From Chlorokybus atmophyticus (taxonomy: Eukaryota > Plantae > Mesostigma and Chlorokybus algae): a DNA stretch of 64,000 nt. This document shows positions 13,229-26,985 of the stretch, in pieces. Where the stretch lies: contig RHPI01003389.1 in the NCBI GenBank assembly GCA_009103225.1, positions 372,001 to 436,000 of the forward strand. The letters are read 5' to 3'. Position 1 is the stretch's first letter. Every line of letters begins with the position of its first letter. Under the pieces are notes generated by a model. It ran no database searches and was not told the DNA's origin. It saw nothing but the letters and a program-made list of their open reading frames with translations. The position numbers and the translations under genes were made by a program.

Positions 13229-16200
13229 TGGTAGAGCGACGCCGCCAGCAAGCCACCAGGCCGCTAGCAGCGCCGCCGTTCATATCCTTCAGGTCAGAAG
13301 CCTGTGCGACGCAGGTTGCGTCGCAGCAGGTACCATTGTATCGACCGCCGGACTGACTGCCACGCGCGTCAGTTCCTGCCCCGTGCGGTCGACCGCCGCC
13401 AGGCCAGCGACAACCAAAGCCTGGAAAGTCGCCGCGACCAGTCAGACTTTCAACCTAAACAAGTAAATAATTAGCTTGTATAGGTTGTTTGGTGCTAATC
13501 TGGCCCCTCTTCCTTGTGGAAAGGTGGATGTGCGTGAGTGTTTGCTGGCTCGTGTGCATTGTTTGCGTATTTGTGCACAATTATTAGCAAAGAGAGCCTC
13601 TCGAGATAATGCCCTCGTTAATTGAGGGAGCCCTTCGAATATTTCTTTGCGGTGCAGTAGAGCACTTAGTCACTAAATTGCTTTGCTTTGCATCGCAATA
13701 AGTGACAGCACTCACTCACATGTTAACACCATTCTTTGAGTGGCATTAAACTCAATTTTACAACACGAGCAGCCCCAGGCATAAAACTTGTTGATGGTTG
13801 TTGTTGCAATCTTTGCTTGCACAACTCTTTTGGCTTACACAGCTTTTGTTCTTACAAGCTATATTGCTGTGTTCAGACATGGCAAAAGGCACGTAAACAA
13901 AGACATTTCAAGGCACTGAGAATCCCCCGCTTACCGCTACGCAAGTAAAGGGGCAAAAGGAAGATACAGTTGACCCACATGATGAAATTGAAGGGGCCAT
14001 TCTCCTTGAGCTCACCAAGCAAGAACGCTTTCTCTGCAGTCAACCCTACTCTGTGGGGGAGGAGAAGCGTTTTGCAGGTGATGTACGAAGGCACCTTCTT
14101 GCTGGTTAACAGTTCGACAAACTTAAACCCGCTAGGCAACAGAGCCTAATAATTGATGTAGAGAAGCGGTTGAAAGATGTTGAACTGGGGGCAACCCCAT
14201 TGAAGTTGCCTGCAGGCCCTGCTCAGATTGTGCATGTTGATGTCAATGAGCCTGGGGAGAAAACTACACAGCAACAACCGGCACCAGCAGCTACTCGCAC
14301 CACTTCAAAGGGAGCTCAACAGAGCCAACCTTTTGTTGCAACCCACTCAGATCAGTGATGAATACATTCAAAATTTACTGTGCGTCTTTGACGCAACTTC
14401 AAATGGCCCGCAATCTTTGGCATGTTATTGTTGCCATCATGAAGCGTTGGCGCGAGGCGTTGCTTTCAGATTGAAGAATGCAGAGTCATTGATCTCTCGC
14501 CTGTCTCAGCAAGTGACGGCCTTGCGCTCTGCACCCGCCACAAGCAGTCTGTCTGCTAGTGCCAAGATGGCATTGTCAAGCCATCCAAGTTTGATCCCAC
14601 TGACAGGAACTTCCTATTAGTGTGATCAAGTAGTCTTGAAGAATACTGTTACGTGCATCGTGTCTGTCAACAACTGGTTGGCCTTAGCCAATGACATGTC
14701 AGAGGAGGACAAGTTCAATGTTCTCAATTTTGCACCAGCTGAGGTGCAGCATAAAAAGGGCAAGTTTGCCAGTACCATGCAAGCATTGTACCGGAGTGTT
14801 GCGCCTTGGGTGGAAGCAGATTCGAAGTTGGCCCAACTTCGAATGGGCAACAAGAGTGCTGATGTGTATGCGCGCGAGTGGCGCCTGTTGGTTGATGAAG
14901 TCAACCAAAGACCACTTCCGTACGATGCAGCTGCACATATGCGCTCCTTTTGCCGTGGATTACGCAAGGATCTCGTCACCAGCTTGCAGCTGAGAGGGGA
15001 CAACACTGTGTCGGGGCCTGGGGATCTGGATGAGTACATCAAGGCGATCATTAGTCTCGACCACTCTTTGCGATCTACCAAAGCAACTCATCCTAAGGAT
15101 ACAGTAGCAGTGTCAGTGCAGAAGAAGAGAGAGCACACGGACGGCAAACATGGAGCACCTCAGCAATCCAAGAGGTCCCGCTTTGATAAGCTAAAGGTGA
15201 CTTGTGCTTCTTGCAGGAAGCCTAGTTACACAGCAGATTGTTGTTGGCAGCTGCACCCTGAGCTCAAGGCCTCTGCGTCTGAAAAGATGGGCAAGGGCAT
15301 AGGCCAGAAGACTCAGCAGCAGCCGTAGGGATTAGCCATGGCCACTGTGCCAAGAGACGTTGGTTTAAACATTATATCTGTTTTACGTACACATGATGTT
15401 ACACATGCTTGGTTTGATCATGCTACGTTGCCTGTATTGCGGTGAATTGAACCAGTGCATGATGCGCGTGTGTTACTTTCGTGCAAACCAACTGACTTAG
15501 CAACTAATTTAGCAAAGTTTGCTATGTTTCAAAAGAACAGCATCCTGCTATTACAAGGTATGTCCTCATGCCATGCTATCATGGCTCATGGTCCAAATGG
15601 ACATCACATGGACACCTTGTGGCTGAGTTCAAGCGGACAAACGACATGCCTTTTTCCATGAAGTTTGTGGTGCTTCCGCCGCACAGTGACTATGCGCTTG
15701 TGGCTGCATTTGATGGTCATCTTATTCCCTTACTATGGACCTTTCAGGGTTCTTTAGCAGGTTATCATGCTTCATTTGTGTTGGACACCGCTGCTACGCA
15801 TAACTTCATCAATCATTTTGTAGTGAAACGCTTATCGTTGGCTACGTCACTAGCAAACATGCTGTTGCATGCCGCAAGGCGTAACGCTTTGCTTCTATAT
15901 GGCGTGGTCAATGCACGCATGCGCATTGGCGCATACTTGGGCGTGTAAAAGCTGTTAATAACAAATCTCGGGATTGACAATTGTGATGTCATATTGGGGC
16001 TTGATTGGCAACAAGCTGTGCGTCTAACTCTAGACACATATGCGAAAACATGTTCTGTACGAAAAGGTAAGCGTAAAGTTACGCTCACCACGCAATTGCG
16101 ATGAACTTTGCCTGATCCTGCAGGGGTTTTGAATGCTCTGCAAGCCAAATGTGTGTATCGCAAGCACAAGTCAATGGCCAATTTGGCTCATGTACGCGCT

Positions 16201-19200
16201 TCTTCCGATGCCCACAACGCTGCCATAAATGGCATTCCTAATATGCAACAAGTGGTGAACACATTCAGCGATGTCTTTGTTGACGCTTTGCCGGAACTAC
16301 CACCGGATAGAGGTATTGGTCATACCATTCCTATTGAACCACGCCCCTCCTTCACGACCTACCTATGGGCTAGTCCTGTAGAGAGGGTAGAAATGGAACT
16401 GCAGATCACTGAGTTATTGGCACAAGGTTTGATTCAACCGAGTAGATCCCCATACGGCTCTCCCATTCTCTTTGTGAGAAAGAAAATTGGGAAGCTATGC
16501 ATGTGTGTAGATTATCGTGCATTGAACCACTACGGTGAAAAATAAGTACCCTTTACTACGCATTAATGACATGCTGGACTCGTTATCGGGGAGTAAGTAC
16601 TTTACATCACTCGACTTGACCAGTGGTTATCATCAAATCTCGGTTGCATGTTGATCATGTACATAAGACTGCTTTTAGAAAGCCGATTGGCCGTTATGCA
16701 TACAAGGTGTTGCCGTTTGGTTTGACCAACGCACCCGCAGTCTTTCAAGCCAAAATGAATGCTGTGTTTGGCGACTTGGTTAGCAAGTTTGCAAACCTAC
16801 CTGGATGACATCATTGTTCAGTAGTAATGACCTGGATGAACATCAACAACATGTGGCAATCGTTTTTGAGCGGTTGCGAAAGCACAAGTTGTTTGCCAAC
16901 CTCAGCAAATGCAATTGTGGTAAGCAGGAGTTGCCATACTTGGGGCGCATTGTTGGTGCTAATGGCATCAAGCCTGATCCTACCAAAGTTAAGGTCGTGG
17001 AAGATTGGCCTAAGCCTCGCAATCAGCATGAGCTGATGTCATTTATTTAGCCTGGCTACCTACTTTCGACGTTTTATACTCGTTTACAGTTCATGGACTT
17101 TACCGTTGACGACATTGTTGCGGAAAGGACAATGCCTTACATGTGATGCAAACATGACGAATCCATACGCATGATCAAGCGTGCATCAACATCAGCATCT
17201 GTATCGGCAATGCTGGATTGGAAAAAACAATTCACTGTGATAAGGGATGCTTCCAAGTGGGGGTGTGGGGCGGTGCTTGCAAGACGATCGTGTGTGTGCG
17301 TATGAGTCTCGCAAGTTCATTCCGGCTGAGGTCAACTATACCACTACTGAGCAAGAACTATTGGGGGTGGTGCATGCACTGAAAACGTGGCGTTGCTATC
17401 TCGAGGGCGTACACTTTACAGTGATAATAACAAACCACAACCCTCTCGTGTTCTTGTCACATGTCAAGACGCGGTACAAGTGTGACTCTTGGTTTAACAA
17501 CCATGAACACGTGACGGGCTTTACGTTGCGGGATGGACTATGGTATGAGGGCAATGCTCTTGTCACACCTGATAATGATGGCTTGCGCATTGAGTGTATC
17601 ACTACTGTGCATGACCCCCCGCATGCTGCTCATTTTGTGGCGGTTTAAGACTGCTGCTGCAACTCAAAGACACTTTTATTGGCCCGGGTTGACATCGGAT
17701 GTCGATCGGTATATTGCAACATGCGATGCATGTCAGCGCAACAAGCCGAAAGCGGCAAAAAATGTCCGGCCTTTTGTAGCCATTGCCTATCCCATCGCTC
17801 AGTTGGGAGAGTGTCAGTATGGACCTCATCACTGCATTGCCTGAGACTACCTCATGTCATACAGCGATTGTAGTTGTTGGTGGATCGTCTGACTGAGATG
17901 GTTCACCTAGCTCCTTGCCGTTCGGACACGGGTGCTCGAGAATTAGCTATGCTGTTCCTCTTCTCGGTGTTCCGTTTGCATGGTTGCCACGCAATATGGT
18001 ATCGGATAGAGATCCGAGATTTACGTCTCAGTTTTGGAGATCAGTGTGTGACTCTTGCACATTGACCAACACATGAGCACTGCGTTTCATCCTCACACGG
18101 ATGGGCAAACTAAACGTGCTTACTAGATTGTAGAAGAGACTTTGCGACATTATGTTGCATCGAATCAAACCGATTGGGATGTCTACTTACCAATGGCAGA
18201 GTTTGCAATCAATAATGCTTTGCAAGCGAGCATCCACGACACGCCCTTTTTTACGAATTATGGCAAACACCCATTTGGGGTGGCTGATCTAAAGTTGCCA
18301 CCTAGTTATAAGGTGCTAGTCGCATGCGATCTTGCACTTGAATTGCAATCACGCACGCAACGAGCACGTGAGTGCATGCGTGCGGCGCAAGATTGATACA
18401 CAGCGTATGCTGATAAGCATCGGCGTTATGTTGAGTTAAATTGGTGACATGGTGTTGCTAAACACCAATAACTTGTCAATCGAAGCAAAGGGTACCCGCA
18501 AACTCATTCCACGCTTTGTAGGACCGTTTGCAGTACGCGAGCGACTTAGCAAACTTGTATACCGGTTGGAGTTGCCAGCATCGATGGGAAAGATACATGA
18601 TGTATTTCCTGTGAGCCTCCTTATAGCCTATCGTGCTGATAGACGGACTCAACCACCTCCTGTTGTTGTCTTGAATGATAGTGCGGGCCCGGAATATAGG
18701 GTGGAGAATATACTTGATCATAGAAAGGATAAGCGTGGACGCACATGTTATCTGGTCAAGTGGAAAGGGTATGGTGTTTAGCACAACACGTGGGAGCCCG
18801 AAAGGAACTTGACAAACTGCCAGCAGCTTCTTCGGGAGGACAACTCTCGCTAACGCGTGTGCCCATTGCACTACTGACAAGGCATGAGGCAGCATGTCTT
18901 TAGTGTGCAACCCTTGTCCCTCTTCGAAATCAGATCCAGCTGTTAGAGTGATTAACAACGGCATCGGGAGCCGCCTTCTTTGAGGGGGGGCAATGTCAAG
19001 GGCTTTCCCCTTACTTAAGGTTTTCACCTTGACATCATTTTATATGACTTTAATTGGTCAATTATATGCCAAGCTCCATTGATTCCTCGTTCATGCTTAA
19101 TTAAGACCCTTATATGAGTCTTATTTAAGTTATGAGTCCCAACAGGTGATATGGCGCGATTCTTACCCTATTTGCTTGATATCAGCCAAAGCTACGGCTG

Positions 19201-19319
19201 ATAGTGGGTGGGGGAACGGGGGTTCTTAACACGACAGTCACGGCGGCGGCATGGGTAGGGTCGTTGGCGTGAGTGTTGGGGTAGAGGATTTAAGGGGAGT
19301 TGGCATTTCTCCCTTTACA
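13229..19319 (+). mobile_element. Decayed Ty3/gypsy chromovirus: gag ~14150-15328, PR/RT/RH/INT/chromodomain fragments 15329-18850, PPT ~18982-18990, 3' LTR 18994-19319; 5' LTR not found
   Basis: LDTAATHNF (PR), [33 protein letters not shown] (RT), YESRKF..AEVNYTTTEQELL (RH), STAFHPHTDGQT (INT), YLVKWKGY (chromodomain), all with many stops and frameshifts. LTR is TG...CA after a G-run PPT. The 5' boundary rests only on a PBS-like tggtagagc at 13229. Confidence 0.9.
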
Positions 19320-20010
19320 ACACACGTCAGTGTCAAAATTGTAGCTCCCCTGTACAGCGTGCCAGCAAACGCAAACAATTCCGCCACCAAGGTGGTCATG
19401 CAGGCTAGCAGGTCCGTGTGAATTAAAATTGTGTTCAAGACACTGAAGTCACCTGATGCCATGCAAACTGGCATCACCTTATATGTACTGGAGCGTGTTG
19501 TATTCCAACAATGCAGCATCTTTTGCACTCCCATTAAATCTTGTAGCACCCAGCTCTGCGTTATCCCATTCATTGCAATGTTGCTGGTCCGCATCCTATC
19601 AAATACTGGCAGCAAGACTTTATATCATTTCGTTAGCTAGATGCTCACAGATGATGTTGAGGTATTGCATGCAGCAGCAATAAAACGTGGGGCAGGTGGT
19701 TGTTTGTGGAGTTTAAGGGTGAGGTAGAGATGCGGAAGTCTCTTGGCTGAGTGTTGGCAAAACCATTCACATTTCCCCAAGCACGGTGTCGTGCCAACAC
19801 CTGTTCTTTTAAATCTTGCACCCGTTGGTGGGTCTCAGTTTGTAACTCCGCAAGCAGCAAAGACAGATAGTATTGTTTGCAAAGTATAGTATAGTGAATA
19901 CACCACTGCAGTTGTCCACCTTAATTAGTACAAACCCATTCTGCAATGCTCTTATCAATTGACGGTCAGAAGCTTTGTAAGTTGGGGGCAGCAATGCTAG
20001 TGGCTGTGGC
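19320..20010 (-). mobile_element. Penelope-like element (Naiad/Chlamys-type) RT N-terminal relic, cut by the gypsy LTR
   Basis: FVLIKVDNCS (cf. FVLVPADKAS), LLAELQ, YLTLKLHKQPPAPRFIA (cf. YWIPKLHK.P...RYIA), NGITQSWVLQD (cf. SGINQMWILKN), GDFSVLNTILIHTDL (cf. FDFSTLYTTIPH..L). Confidence 0.75.
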
Positions 20011-20459
20011 CAAGTTGGGATTGAGTGTTGCTGCCATAACACGAACTTTTGTTAGAACAGCATCTGTCGAAGTTTGCATGTTACAACAACCCTGCTGCTC
20101 TGCCCACGCATTAACATAATCATACATCCCTTGCGTGACAGCTGCCATGCACAATCGCACACTCGTCGTAGCAGGTGGTCTGAACACGCAGACTTATACA
20201 TATATATAAAAGCAATTGAATTACACATTACAAAATACAATCAGGTTTTTGCAAGGGCTGGTGACGTTTATTGCAAGCACTAGACTGGACAAGTTTTATT
20301 TAACGCGAGGTAAATAGTAACCGTTTCACACGCACAAAATTTCGTCAGGACAACTTAAAGCTTTCAACAGCAAGCACAATTTAAACTCAATAAAACAGAA
20401 TGTCACAACCTTATGACGTAAATGCCTTGGCTAGATGGATCAATTGTATTCAACCGGTA

Positions 20460-20487
20460 CATGACATCACACGTGTATGATGTCATG
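20460..20487. promoter_or_regulatory. 10-bp perfect inverted repeat enclosing a G-box (CACGTG), about 590 bp upstream of the ClpC ATG
   Basis: catgacatca-cacgtgta-tgatgtcatg seen directly; function is inferred only. Confidence 0.35.
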
Positions 20488-21073
20488 ACATGACACATGA
20501 CCTTGTCAAGCATGCAAGCTGTACGTCATGGACAACTTGGGGTGCACTGTATTGAGAACTTTTGCACAATGTCATATTCTTATACCGCTGGTGAAGCCGT
20601 GCTCTTACAGAGGGCGGGCAACGTGATCCGAACGCCGTAACGCACGCTGTCATTGACGACGTGCTCGTGATGAGCATGGCCACGTCCATGACGACCTCGA
20701 ACTCCGCGTATCTGGTCTGGTGTTCCGCTGCGACGAGTTACGCTAATGCTCGCGCACACGCACGCCACGTCGGCCAAGTGACGATCGCAGCGTACTTGTC
20801 GGAAGCTTGGAACGTTCGGGGACTGGAAAGAACGTGCTTGTTGACACTGAAGTTGTCCTGTATAGCGCGCCCGGAAGCTATCTACAAGGGAACGGCTGCT
20901 GCAAAAGCACGGGTCCACTGCGCAGTAACCCGCTCCCTGCGCTTTTGCCAGAAACACGTAGAGCAGGCCAAAAACCCTAGCGGCGGCGGCTGAGGCGGTC
21001 GGGGCGGCGTCGGTGTTGTGCTCCTCCGCCGGGGAGCGGGGAGTGTTGTCGTGGGAAGGGGCCTACCGGCAGC

Positions 21074-24000
21074 ATGGCGGCCTCTCTGGGCTCCGCCGTT
21101 GCGGTGCCCTCAGCGGTGCTGAGCAAGTCCGCCGTCTCAGCTTCCTCCTTCAGGGGCTGCAAGAAGAGCCGCCGCGCTCAGGCGCAGCTTGCGACGCGGG
21201 CTACTTTGGGACACCGGGCGACGACAAGGACAGCCAGCGCCACTCTGTCCACATACGATGGCTTTAGGAGATCAACTGCGCCAGCGCTTGGGCGCGATGC
21301 TTTCGCCGCAGCACGTCTGAGCAGCAGCAAAACCAGCGGAAGCAACCGACGGCAGCCTGTCGTGATGATGTTTGAGCGTTTCACCGAGAAGGCCATCAAG
21401 GTTATCATGCTTGCCCAGGAGGAGGCCCGCCGACTGGGCCACAACTTCGTGGGAACTGAGCAGGTGCTGCTCGGTCTCATTGGCGAGGGCACCGGCATCG
21501 CCGCCAAGGTAATAGTGGTGTAGTCGTACGTTTGTAGCGGAAGGCAAAAGTGGTGCAAGCATTGCACTTCGCTGCTTCTCAGTGCGCCGCATGCTTTTTG
21601 CTGCATGTCTTGGTGGTTCCCTGTGTCTGCGCTCCTGTGTCTGCAAGTGCAGTGCCATCTGCGTGGCTTCTGCAAAGTTGTTGATATAGCCCAATCCAAA
21701 GACATGTTGTCGTTTTGCAGGTGCTCAAGTCGATGGGCGTCAACCTGAAGGAGGCTCGCGTTGAGGTTGAGAAGATTATTGGCCGTGGCTCTGGCTTTGT
21801 CGCCGTTGAAATCCCCTTCACACCCCGTGCAAAGCGCGTGCTCGAGCTCAGTCTGGAAGAGGCGCGCCAGCTGGGTACGTTCTCTTGCTGCCGATCAACA
21901 GTAGCATCGACAATCCATATATCTCATGCAGCTGTGCATCATATCATGTTGGACTGTTTCGTGGTTTGCCATTGTACATGGTTGACAGGATCTGTCAATA
22001 GTTCAGTGCTTGTAGTTGTCTTGGTTGGCGAGTCGCTTGCTGAATACATATGTCTATCAGAAGGCACTCAATTTGACATACATATGTGTCTTATCACTTG
22101 AGCTTTGTTTCTAACATGTCCGGTCACTCTCTCAGGACACAACTACATTGGCACGGAGCATCTGCTGCTGGGCTTGTTGAAGGAGGGTGAGGGTGTGGCA
22201 GCGCGTGTTCTGGAGACACTTGGCGCTGACCCTGGCAAGATCCGCACACAAGTCATACGCATGGTGGGTGAGAATTCCGAAGCCGTTGGTGCTGGTGTCG
22301 GCGGCGGTTCCAGCGCAACCAAGATGCCGACTTTGGAGGAGTTCGGTACCAACCTTACCAAGATGGCTGAAGAGGTATGCCAGTGTTCCAGACAGTGCAG
22401 GTGCATTGTCCTCTTTTGCGTGATTGTGTGCTGATTAACACACTAATGAATTGCAGGGCAAGCTTGATCCCGTTGTGGGCCGCAAGCCTCAGATTGAGCG
22501 CGTCATCCAGATCTTGGGTCGGCGCACCAAGAACAACCCTTGCCTCATTGGCGAGCCTGGTGTTGGAAAGACAGCTATTGCTGAGGGTCTTGCTCAGATG
22601 ATCGCCCGCGGAGATGTACCAGAGACCATTGAGGGCAAGAAAGTTATCACCCTGGACATGGGTCTGCTAGTTGCTGGTACCAAGTATCGTGGTGAGTTTG
22701 AGGAGCGGTTGAAGAAGCTCATGCAGGAGATCAAGGATGCGGATGACATCATCCTTGTCATTGATGAGGTTCATACCCTTATCGGTGCTGGTGCCGCTGA
22801 GGGCGCCATTGATGCAGCCAACATCCTGAAGCCAGCCCTGGCTCGTGGTGAGCTGCAGTGCATTGGTGCGACCACCGTTGATGAGTACCGTAAGCATATT
22901 GAGAAGGATCCCGCGCTGGAGCGCCGATTCCAGCCTGTGCAAGTGCCAGAGCCCACTGTTGAGGAGACCATTGCCATCCTCAAGGGCCTGCGTGAAAGAT
23001 ATGAGGTCCATCACAAGCTGAGGTACACCGACGAGGCTCTGGAGGCAGCAGCGCACCTGTCCAGCCAGTACATCTCCGACCGCTTCCTTCCTGACAAGGC
23101 CATTGATCTAATTGATGAGGCCGGTTCTCGCGTGCGCTTGAGACATGCTCAGCTGCCCCCTGAGGCCAGGGAGCTGGACATCGAGCTGCGCGGTATTACC
23201 AAGGAAAAGAATGAGGCTGTGCGAGGACAGGACTTTGAGAAGGCGGGTCAGCTCCGAGATCGGGAGATGGAACTTAAGGCACAGATCCAGGCTCTGACCA
23301 GCAAGGCCGTTGAGCAAAGCAAGGCAGAGCAGTCGGAAGGCGAGGCTGGTGGCCCCACGGTCACAGAGGCTGACATCCAGAACATTGTGTCTGCCTGGAC
23401 TGGCATCCCAGTCGAGAAGGTCAGCGCAGATGAGAGCGACAGGCTTCTGAAGATGGAGGATACCCTTCACCAGCGTCTCATTGGTCAAGAAGAGGCTGTG
23501 AAGGCCATCAGCAGGGCTATTCGCCGCGCTCGCGTTGGTCTCAAGAACCCCAACCGCCCAATTGCCAGTTTCATCTTCTCCGGACCTACTGGTGTTGGCA
23601 AGTCAGAGCTAGCCAAGTCGCTCGCAGCTTATTACTTCGGATCTGAAGAGGTTAGTGATTATCCATGTGGGTTGATATGTCATGATTTTGCTATGGTATT
23701 CCGTGAGTGCAGTTTATGGTTAATTGGCCAGCATGCCCACCATACGCGCTTGTTGCCTTTGCTACGACGTGGAGCTGACAGTGTGTTACTGCAGGCCATG
23801 GTTCGCTTGGATATGAGTGAGTTCATGGAGAGGCACACAGTCTCCAAGCTCATCGGCTCACCACCAGGTTATGTGGGCTACACTGAGGGTGGTCAGTTGA
23901 CGGAAGCAGTGCGCCGAAGACCTTACACAGTTGTGCTGTTCGATGAGATCGAGAAGGCGCACCCAGATGTGTTCAACATGATGCTTCAGATCCTTGAGGA

Positions 24001-24574
24001 TGGTCGCTTGACTGACAGCAAGGGCCGCACTGTTGACTTCAAGAACACGCTGCTCATCATGACCTCCAATGTTGGAAGCAGCGTTATCGAGAAGGGTGGT
24101 GGCCAGATGGGCTTCATCCTCAATGACGACGCTGTGGACTACAGCTACAACAGGATCAAGACCCTTGTCAACGAGGAGCTCAAGCAGTACTTCCGGCCAG
24201 AGTTCTTGAACAGGCTGGACGAGATCATTGTGTTCAGGCAGCTCACCAAGCCCGAGGTCAAGGAGATCTCCGAGCTCATGCTCAAGGAGGTCTTTGCGCG
24301 CATGGCCGAGAAGGGCATGACCCTTGACGTTACCGAGCGGTTTAAGGACCGCCTTGTCGACGAGGGCTTCTCACCCACATACGGTGCACGACCACTGCGT
24401 CGCGCCATCATGCGCCTGCTGGAGGACTCCCTTGCTGAGCGCATTCTTGGTGGTGACATCAAGGAGGGTGACTCGGCGATTGTCGACGTTGATGCCAGTG
24501 GCAACATTGTTGTCCTCAACGGCACAACCTCCACTGTGTCCAATGTCTCCCAGACCCCAGCAGGCATAGCTTAG
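21074..24574 (+). CDS. clpC: Chloroplast Clp/Hsp100 chaperone ClpC; exons 21074-21508, 21721-21874, 22136-22374, 22457-23650, 23795-24574
   Basis: Transit peptide, then [32 protein letters not shown]; Walker A GEPGVGKT and GPTGVGKS; IDEVH and [13 protein letters not shown]; GARPLRRAI; clean GT-AG junctions. Confidence 0.98.
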
Positions 24575-24612
24575 GCGCGCATTGCAGCTTCTGGCCGCTA
24601 ATTTGACAGGAT

Positions 24613-24653
24613 TTGCAGCAGACTAAGTACTTGCAGCAGACTAAGTACTTGCA
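24613..24653. repeat. 18-bp tandem duplication in the ClpC 3' UTR
   Basis: ttgcagcagactaagtac x2 plus ttgca. Confidence 0.85.
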
Positions 24654-26858
24654 CACATTGTTGCAGTTGTTATGAACAAGCATCAGGATGTACAGTTGGC
24701 CCCATTTTCATGCGGTTTGTGTTGCTTGCATCTGCCATGGTTTGACAGCCTGGTTCTGGACACAATTCTTGCTCTGCGTGTATGCGGTACGATTGCCAGA
24801 AATGTCAAGTTGAGTGGCATTGGTTCTGCTTGCATGCACTAAACCTCATGTCGGGGCACAGCATCTGAGAGATACTTCTCGTCATTTGATGTGTTGCTTA
24901 CAGAAAATGCTGGCAATGCGAACTGCAAGTGCAAGGCAGATATGCGCGCGCGTCAGTCAATGTTATCCTACTGCCGCTACTGCTCTGCTTGCAATAAAAC
25001 CCGTATGTCAGTTGCAGTCTGCAACTTGCAGTCCGTCATTGTTGCAACCATGTATAGGACATGAAATGTAGTTGCCAAAGCTCCCTGCGCTTTGCAGGTT
25101 GTACTTCAGCCATTGGTTCCACTGCTCTTTCCTGCTGCTGGTTGAGGGTTGCACTACCAGTCCTAGCAATCCTTGCTGGTGGTAGCTAAGTTATTTCTGC
25201 CCTGGCCCCTACTCAAATTGGATATTTGTCGCATGCTTGTGTTATCTAGTGTGGCGGCTTTCTGCCATGAGAACAGTAATTGCACTAGTTGGAGTGTCCT
25301 TTCTGGGCGCACCTGTCATGGGCAATGCGCGGTCAGGCTGTGCGTGTGGCTATTAAACCTTAAACATATTGCCTCATTGATTCTCATCCTCATTTTTCAT
25401 GGTACGCTGGTGTTGTGTTGATTTGCACGCAACTTGCTTGTCTACTGTGGCCCCTTTGCAACCGTCGGTTTGCCTTGCTGAGAATCTATTGTTGGTTATG
25501 TAGTTATCAAACCACTCACGTGCACAAACGGACGCAATGGTCAGGCATAGGCGCCAGCATATTTGCTTAAACCCGGGGCCACCTACCTTTCGCTGCACAA
25601 CGTGCTGCTATGTATAATGCAAGTGCGAAGCAATATATAGCGGCAATAGGCACATAACGTCATCACCAATGTGGTAACCATAATGCATGTCTGTGCTCAT
25701 GATGCATCAACCAAGCTACTACCTAGTAATGGTGTTAATACGCATGATGCTGAGCGCGTCAATCGTTCTCATCATCGACAGACTCCTTGCTTTGCATTAC
25801 CACAAGGATTGAGGCCTAGTGTAAAGAGCTCAACTTTGTTATACACACACAAATTTGCATGTTTTTCACTTGTCACTCGGTTGCGAGTGTTTTGCAACCA
25901 TAGCATATGCTCACTATTGATCCTTACTTAACCATTCAGATTTCTGTGCATTTAATCGTGCATGATTTTATTATTTGTATGTAATGTGCACGTGTTGTCC
26001 CACAATTATTATGATTGATATAATGCCAATATTGCAAATTGAAAACATAGAATCTCGTCCTACACAACATCACACATGTGGATTCACATGATTCGGAATG
26101 CTACATGACACCTCAATGATTGCGCAAATCAATGGATATTAATGATTCAACTGGCTTAAGCAGCAATGATAGCATCGTGATGTGTTACATGATGTGAATA
26201 ACACTATTGTATATTTACGAGTTTGTGCAATACATGCATGAGTTAGATGGCATCTGACAGATGGTATAGCCTGTAGCGTATCGCTGCCATTAGCGATTGT
26301 GATTATTGATTATCATCATATCTACACGGAATTGTTTACTGCATTGTACCATGCGCGACAAGTTATGCAGCATACATACGCTGCGCTTGGCTCACATTAC
26401 CAATGCACTTTGTTTCGAATGATTAATAGTATGTTGGTATCACCTTGAAAACCGTAATAAAAAGTATAGACAATGGCAATTGTGCGTGGTAAGCACGTTC
26501 CCTAGCTTCACCCACAACTACACCACTTGTATTTATGTAACATGGTAGGCAAGCTTTTGGCTGCTTGCATCTGGTTGCTAACCCCATCTAATCATACAAA
26601 CATAAGAAAGGAATGCCGCGGGTCTGATGCAATGGTATGTGCATGAGATTATCTCTACGAACCGTAGATCATGGTAGTGTTTGCTAAATATCAATGTCAG
26701 CGTGGTTCTAATAGACAAACAACGTGATGAACAATACACAACATAGAAAATCTATACACGAGTTGACCGCAGATCGATATTATGTGTTTGAATCTCCAAC
26801 TTTAAAATGCATGCTGATTTGACACTAATGGTACCGTAATTACTCCATCAGAGCCCCC

Positions 26859-26985
26859 NNNNNNNNNNNNNNNNNNNNNNNNNNNNNNNNNNNNNNNNNN
26901 NNNNNNNNNNNNNNNNNNNNNNNNNNNNNNNNNNNNNNNNNNNNNNNNNNNNNNNNNNNNNNNNNNNNNNNNNNNNNNNNNNNNN
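26859..26985. other. Assembly gap (N run)
   Basis: Run of n. Confidence 0.99.

Noticed and set aside
13873-14139. Minus-strand 88-aa ORF as a continuation of the Penelope-like element
   Set aside because: No RT motifs; it lies within the gypsy leader or gag start.
20290-20350. Hammerhead-like CTGACGA...GAAAC on the minus strand next to the Penelope-like relic
   Set aside because: Stem II and stem I do not pair convincingly and the cleavage triplet context is imperfect.
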